Below are positions 59,350 through 64,000 of a DNA stretch of 64,000 nucleotides, one piece after another. How positions within the stretch are numbered: position 1 is the stretch's first letter; every line of letters starts with the position of its first letter. A model generated the notes under the pieces. It searched no databases. It was given only the letters and a program-made list of their open reading frames with translations, and had not been told where the DNA came from. The DNA is from Bacteriovoracaceae bacterium. Its GTDB lineage: Bacteria; Bdellovibrionota; Bacteriovoracia; Bacteriovoracales; Bacteriovoracaceae. The stretch spans positions 9,882-73,881 of the forward strand of contig JBFGZE010000008.1 of the NCBI GenBank assembly GCA_041586955.1. Direction: 5' to 3'. A program made the translations under genes and the position numbers.

Positions 59350-59382
59350 AAAAAAAACCCTTCCAAAAAGGAAGGGTCTTTA
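59350..59382 (-). terminator. Intrinsic terminator of the atp operon
   Basis: ACCCTTCC-AAAAA-GGAAGGGT stem-loop followed by a T-run on the minus strand. Confidence 0.85.
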
Positions 59383-59805
59383 TTAATTACGCGCTTTCGC
59401 TAATTGAATTCTTAATTTAGCTCTTTCGGCCTTGCGGTGATATCTCTCTAATTGATCGTCGTCGAGAGACTCGTGGGCAAGTACGTCTTGTGCGTCCTGA
59501 AGTGCCCTCTCAGCTCTCTCTATATCAATTTCCTTATCTTCTTCAGTAGTATTAGTAAGAATAATAATCTTATCCTCTAAAACCTTACAGATGCCTGTTG
59601 TAATCGTAAAATGACGATCAGGATCATCTGCACCACCAAAGATAGACATTTGCCCAGTACTTAAGCGTGTTACTATATGCGTATGGTCAGGTAATACATT
59701 TATCTGACCACGCTCAGTAGGAATCAACAAGGATCTTGCGGGAATATCCTTCGCTGCGATCTTTCCTGGTGTTAAAATATCAACTGTAAAGAAGTTGTCT
59801 TTCAT
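59383..59805 (-). CDS. atpC: ATP synthase F1 epsilon
   Basis: VDILTP, GQINVLPDH and IDIERAERA motifs; operon position. Confidence 0.95.
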   Translation of the reverse strand: MKDNFFTVDILTPGKIAAKDIPARSLLIPTERGQINVLPDHTHIVTRLSTGQMSIFGGADDPDRHFTITTGICKVLEDKIIILTNTTEEDKEIDIERAERALQDAQDVLAHESLDDDQLERYHRKAERAKLRIQLAKARN

Positions 59806-59814
59806 AGGTATATC

Positions 59815-62110
<2,296 letters not shown>

Positions 62111-62129
62111 AATTATTCCAAATTAAAAA

Positions 62130-63641
62130 TTAGAAACCTTTGTTTGCAATAAAGGTCGTAATAACGTCCACGACTTTCCCATTATTATCTTTTGAGATTT
62201 CGCCGGCCGCTGTTATTGACTCAAGCAATTCAGCATGCTGAGCTTTAAAATGCTCAACCAACTCCGCTTCAGTCTCTCTAATTTTTTCTACTGGAACAGC
62301 ATCAAAATAGCCTTTAGTCGCAGCATAAATACCAAGGACTTGGTCAATAACCTCGAGAGGCGAATACTGACCTTGCTTTAGTAGTTCAACTAATCTTTGA
62401 CCACGAGCTAATTGCTTTTGTGTCGCTTCATCTAAGTCTGAACCGAAGGCGGCAAAAGCTTGAAGCTCTCGATACTGGGCCAGGTCAAGACGAAGAGTAC
62501 CAGCCACCTTTTTCATGGCCTTAATTTGGGCAGAACCACCAACTCTTGATACTGAAATACCAACGTTTACAGCAGGACGAATACCAGAATTAAATAGGTC
62601 ACCTTCAAGGAAGATCTGACCATCTGTAATCGAAATTACGTTAGTTGGAATATAAGCAGCAACGTCACCCTCTTGTGTTTCAACAACAGGAAGAGCTGTT
62701 AGAGAACCTGCTCCCATTTCATCTGACATTTTAGCCGCACGCTCAAGGAGTCTTGAGTGTAAATAAAATACATCACCAGGGAAAGCTTCACGCCCTGGAG
62801 GTCTTCTTAATAATAGTGACATTTGTCTATAAGCTTGTGCTTGCTTAGTTAAGTCATCATATACGATAAGAGCGTGCTTTCCAGAATCTCTGTAATACTC
62901 ACCCATTGTACAACCAGTATATGGTGCCAAAAATTGAAGTGTCGCTGTATTAGAGGCAGTCGCAGAAACAATAATTGTATAATCTAAGGCACCAGCTTCT
63001 CTTAACTTCTGATGAACTTGACGTACTGTCGATTGCTTTTGGCCAATCGCTACGTAAATACAAACAACGTCTTTACCTTTTTGATTGATAATTGTGTCGA
63101 TAGCAATTGCAGTTTTACCTGTTTTTCTATCTCCAATAATTAATTCCCTTTGGCCACGCCCAATTGGAATCATGGAGTCAATCGCTTTGATACCAGTCTG
63201 AAGCGGCTCATGAACCGACTTACGACCGATAATGCCAGGGGCCTTAACTTCTACCCGACGCTTTTGGGCGCCTGCAAAGTCACCCTGACCGTCGATAGGC
63301 TCACCAAGAGCATTAACGACTCTTCCTAAAAGGGCGTCACCTACTGGAACTTCGACAATAGACTCAGTTCTTTTAACAGTTGACCCTTCCTTGATCTCAT
63401 TATCATCACCTAAGATGGCAACACCTACGTTATTTGATTCTAAGTTTAGAACCATTCCCTTCGTCCCTGTTTCAAATTCAACAAGTTCTCCGGACATAAC
63501 ATTTTTAAGACCAAAAACTCTGGCAACGCCGTCACCAACAGTTAGTACAGTTCCGACTTCATCTACTTGAAGTCTTGTTTCGAAATTAGCAATTCTCTCT
63601 TTAATGATGCTCGTAATTTCTTCTGGATTCACAGCCATCAT
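62130..63641 (-). CDS. atpA: ATP synthase F1 alpha
   Basis: GDRKTGKT and [21 protein letters not shown] motifs. Confidence 0.99.
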   Translation of the reverse strand: MMAVNPEEITSIIKERIANFETRLQVDEVGTVLTVGDGVARVFGLKNVMSGELVEFETGTKGMVLNLESNNVGVAILGDDNEIKEGSTVKRTESIVEVPVGDALLGRVVNALGEPIDGQGDFAGAQKRRVEVKAPGIIGRKSVHEPLQTGIKAIDSMIPIGRGQRELIIGDRKTGKTAIAIDTIINQKGKDVVCIYVAIGQKQSTVRQVHQKLREAGALDYTIIVSATASNTATLQFLAPYTGCTMGEYYRDSGKHALIVYDDLTKQAQAYRQMSLLLRRPPGREAFPGDVFYLHSRLLERAAKMSDEMGAGSLTALPVVETQEGDVAAYIPTNVISITDGQIFLEGDLFNSGIRPAVNVGISVSRVGGSAQIKAMKKVAGTLRLDLAQYRELQAFAAFGSDLDEATQKQLARGQRLVELLKQGQYSPLEVIDQVLGIYAATKGYFDAVPVEKIRETEAELVEHFKAQHAELLESITAAGEISKDNNGKVVDVITTFIANKGF

Positions 63642-63653
63642 AAACCTCGATGA

Positions 63654-64000
63654 TTAGTTATTTAGAATTTCTTCTTTAAATTTATTTAATTGATTATCAA
63701 GAGACGCATCCAATTGGAGATCTTCAACCGTCACTCTATAACCAGCAGTTAAGTTATTATTTTTTTTAAAATTAAAATTGGGTTCGATACCTAATTTTTC
63801 TTTAAGGTAAGTGGTAATTGTTTTTTGGAAAGCTTCATCAACATTATCTGATGCGCCCTCAATAGTACCTCTTAAAAAACCTTTTTTATGATCATCCATG
63901 ACTATAACTTCTTTATAGACCATTGGGAAAAGATTAATTCTCTTTTCCTGTGTCATAAACAAAAGAAAAGATTTCGTCATTGTACTTAGATTCATCTTGC
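63654..64000 (-). CDS. atpH: ATP synthase delta subunit (5' end outside the window)
   Basis: C-terminal LTAGYRVTVEDLQLDASL motif; directly upstream of atpA. Confidence 0.85.
   Translation of the reverse strand, partial: KMNLSTMTKSFLLFMTQEKRINLFPMVYKEVIVMDDHKKGFLRGTIEGASDNVDEAFQKTITTYLKEKLGIEPNFNFKKNNNLTAGYRVTVEDLQLDASLDNQLNKFKEEILNN

Overview
AT-rich bacterial chromosomal window that is densely coding and mostly housekeeping. Gene content and style suggest a predatory Bdellovibrionota (Bacteriovoracaceae-like) genome; this is an inference. It contains ygfZ-TPR and iscA, pduO with icmF, a CHASE2 histidine kinase with a sigma54 response regulator and lgt, an archaeal-type endonuclease IV, a LysM lipoprotein followed by a degenerate M48 protein, amgK and murU, folK, etfBA, mrp, tRNA-Gln with prs-pth-ychF, a class A PBP, priA, galU, an OM barrel-TPR/CFI-box-lptF/G-arnT cluster, def-fmt-rpe-hutHUI, an orphan Tad/Flp-type pilin, glpK, radA, ligA, patatin with a lytic transglycosylase, and the 3' part of the atp operon. 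I see no mobile element, CRISPR array, prophage or defence island. The most interesting signals are regulatory and enzymological. There are three sigma28 (FliA)-type promoters in front of uncharacterised genes, including a secreted protein with a prion-like Tyr/Gly/Gln tail and a LysM/peptidoglycan-recycling unit. There is a complete sigma54 promoter with IHF site and candidate enhancer in front of an orphan exported protein. There are also about seven apparently leaderless genes, an endonuclease IV lacking its last Zn-ligand Glu, and a hut operon translationally coupled to def-fmt-rpe. All calls were made by eye without database searches, so I cannot establish that any of these is previously undescribed.
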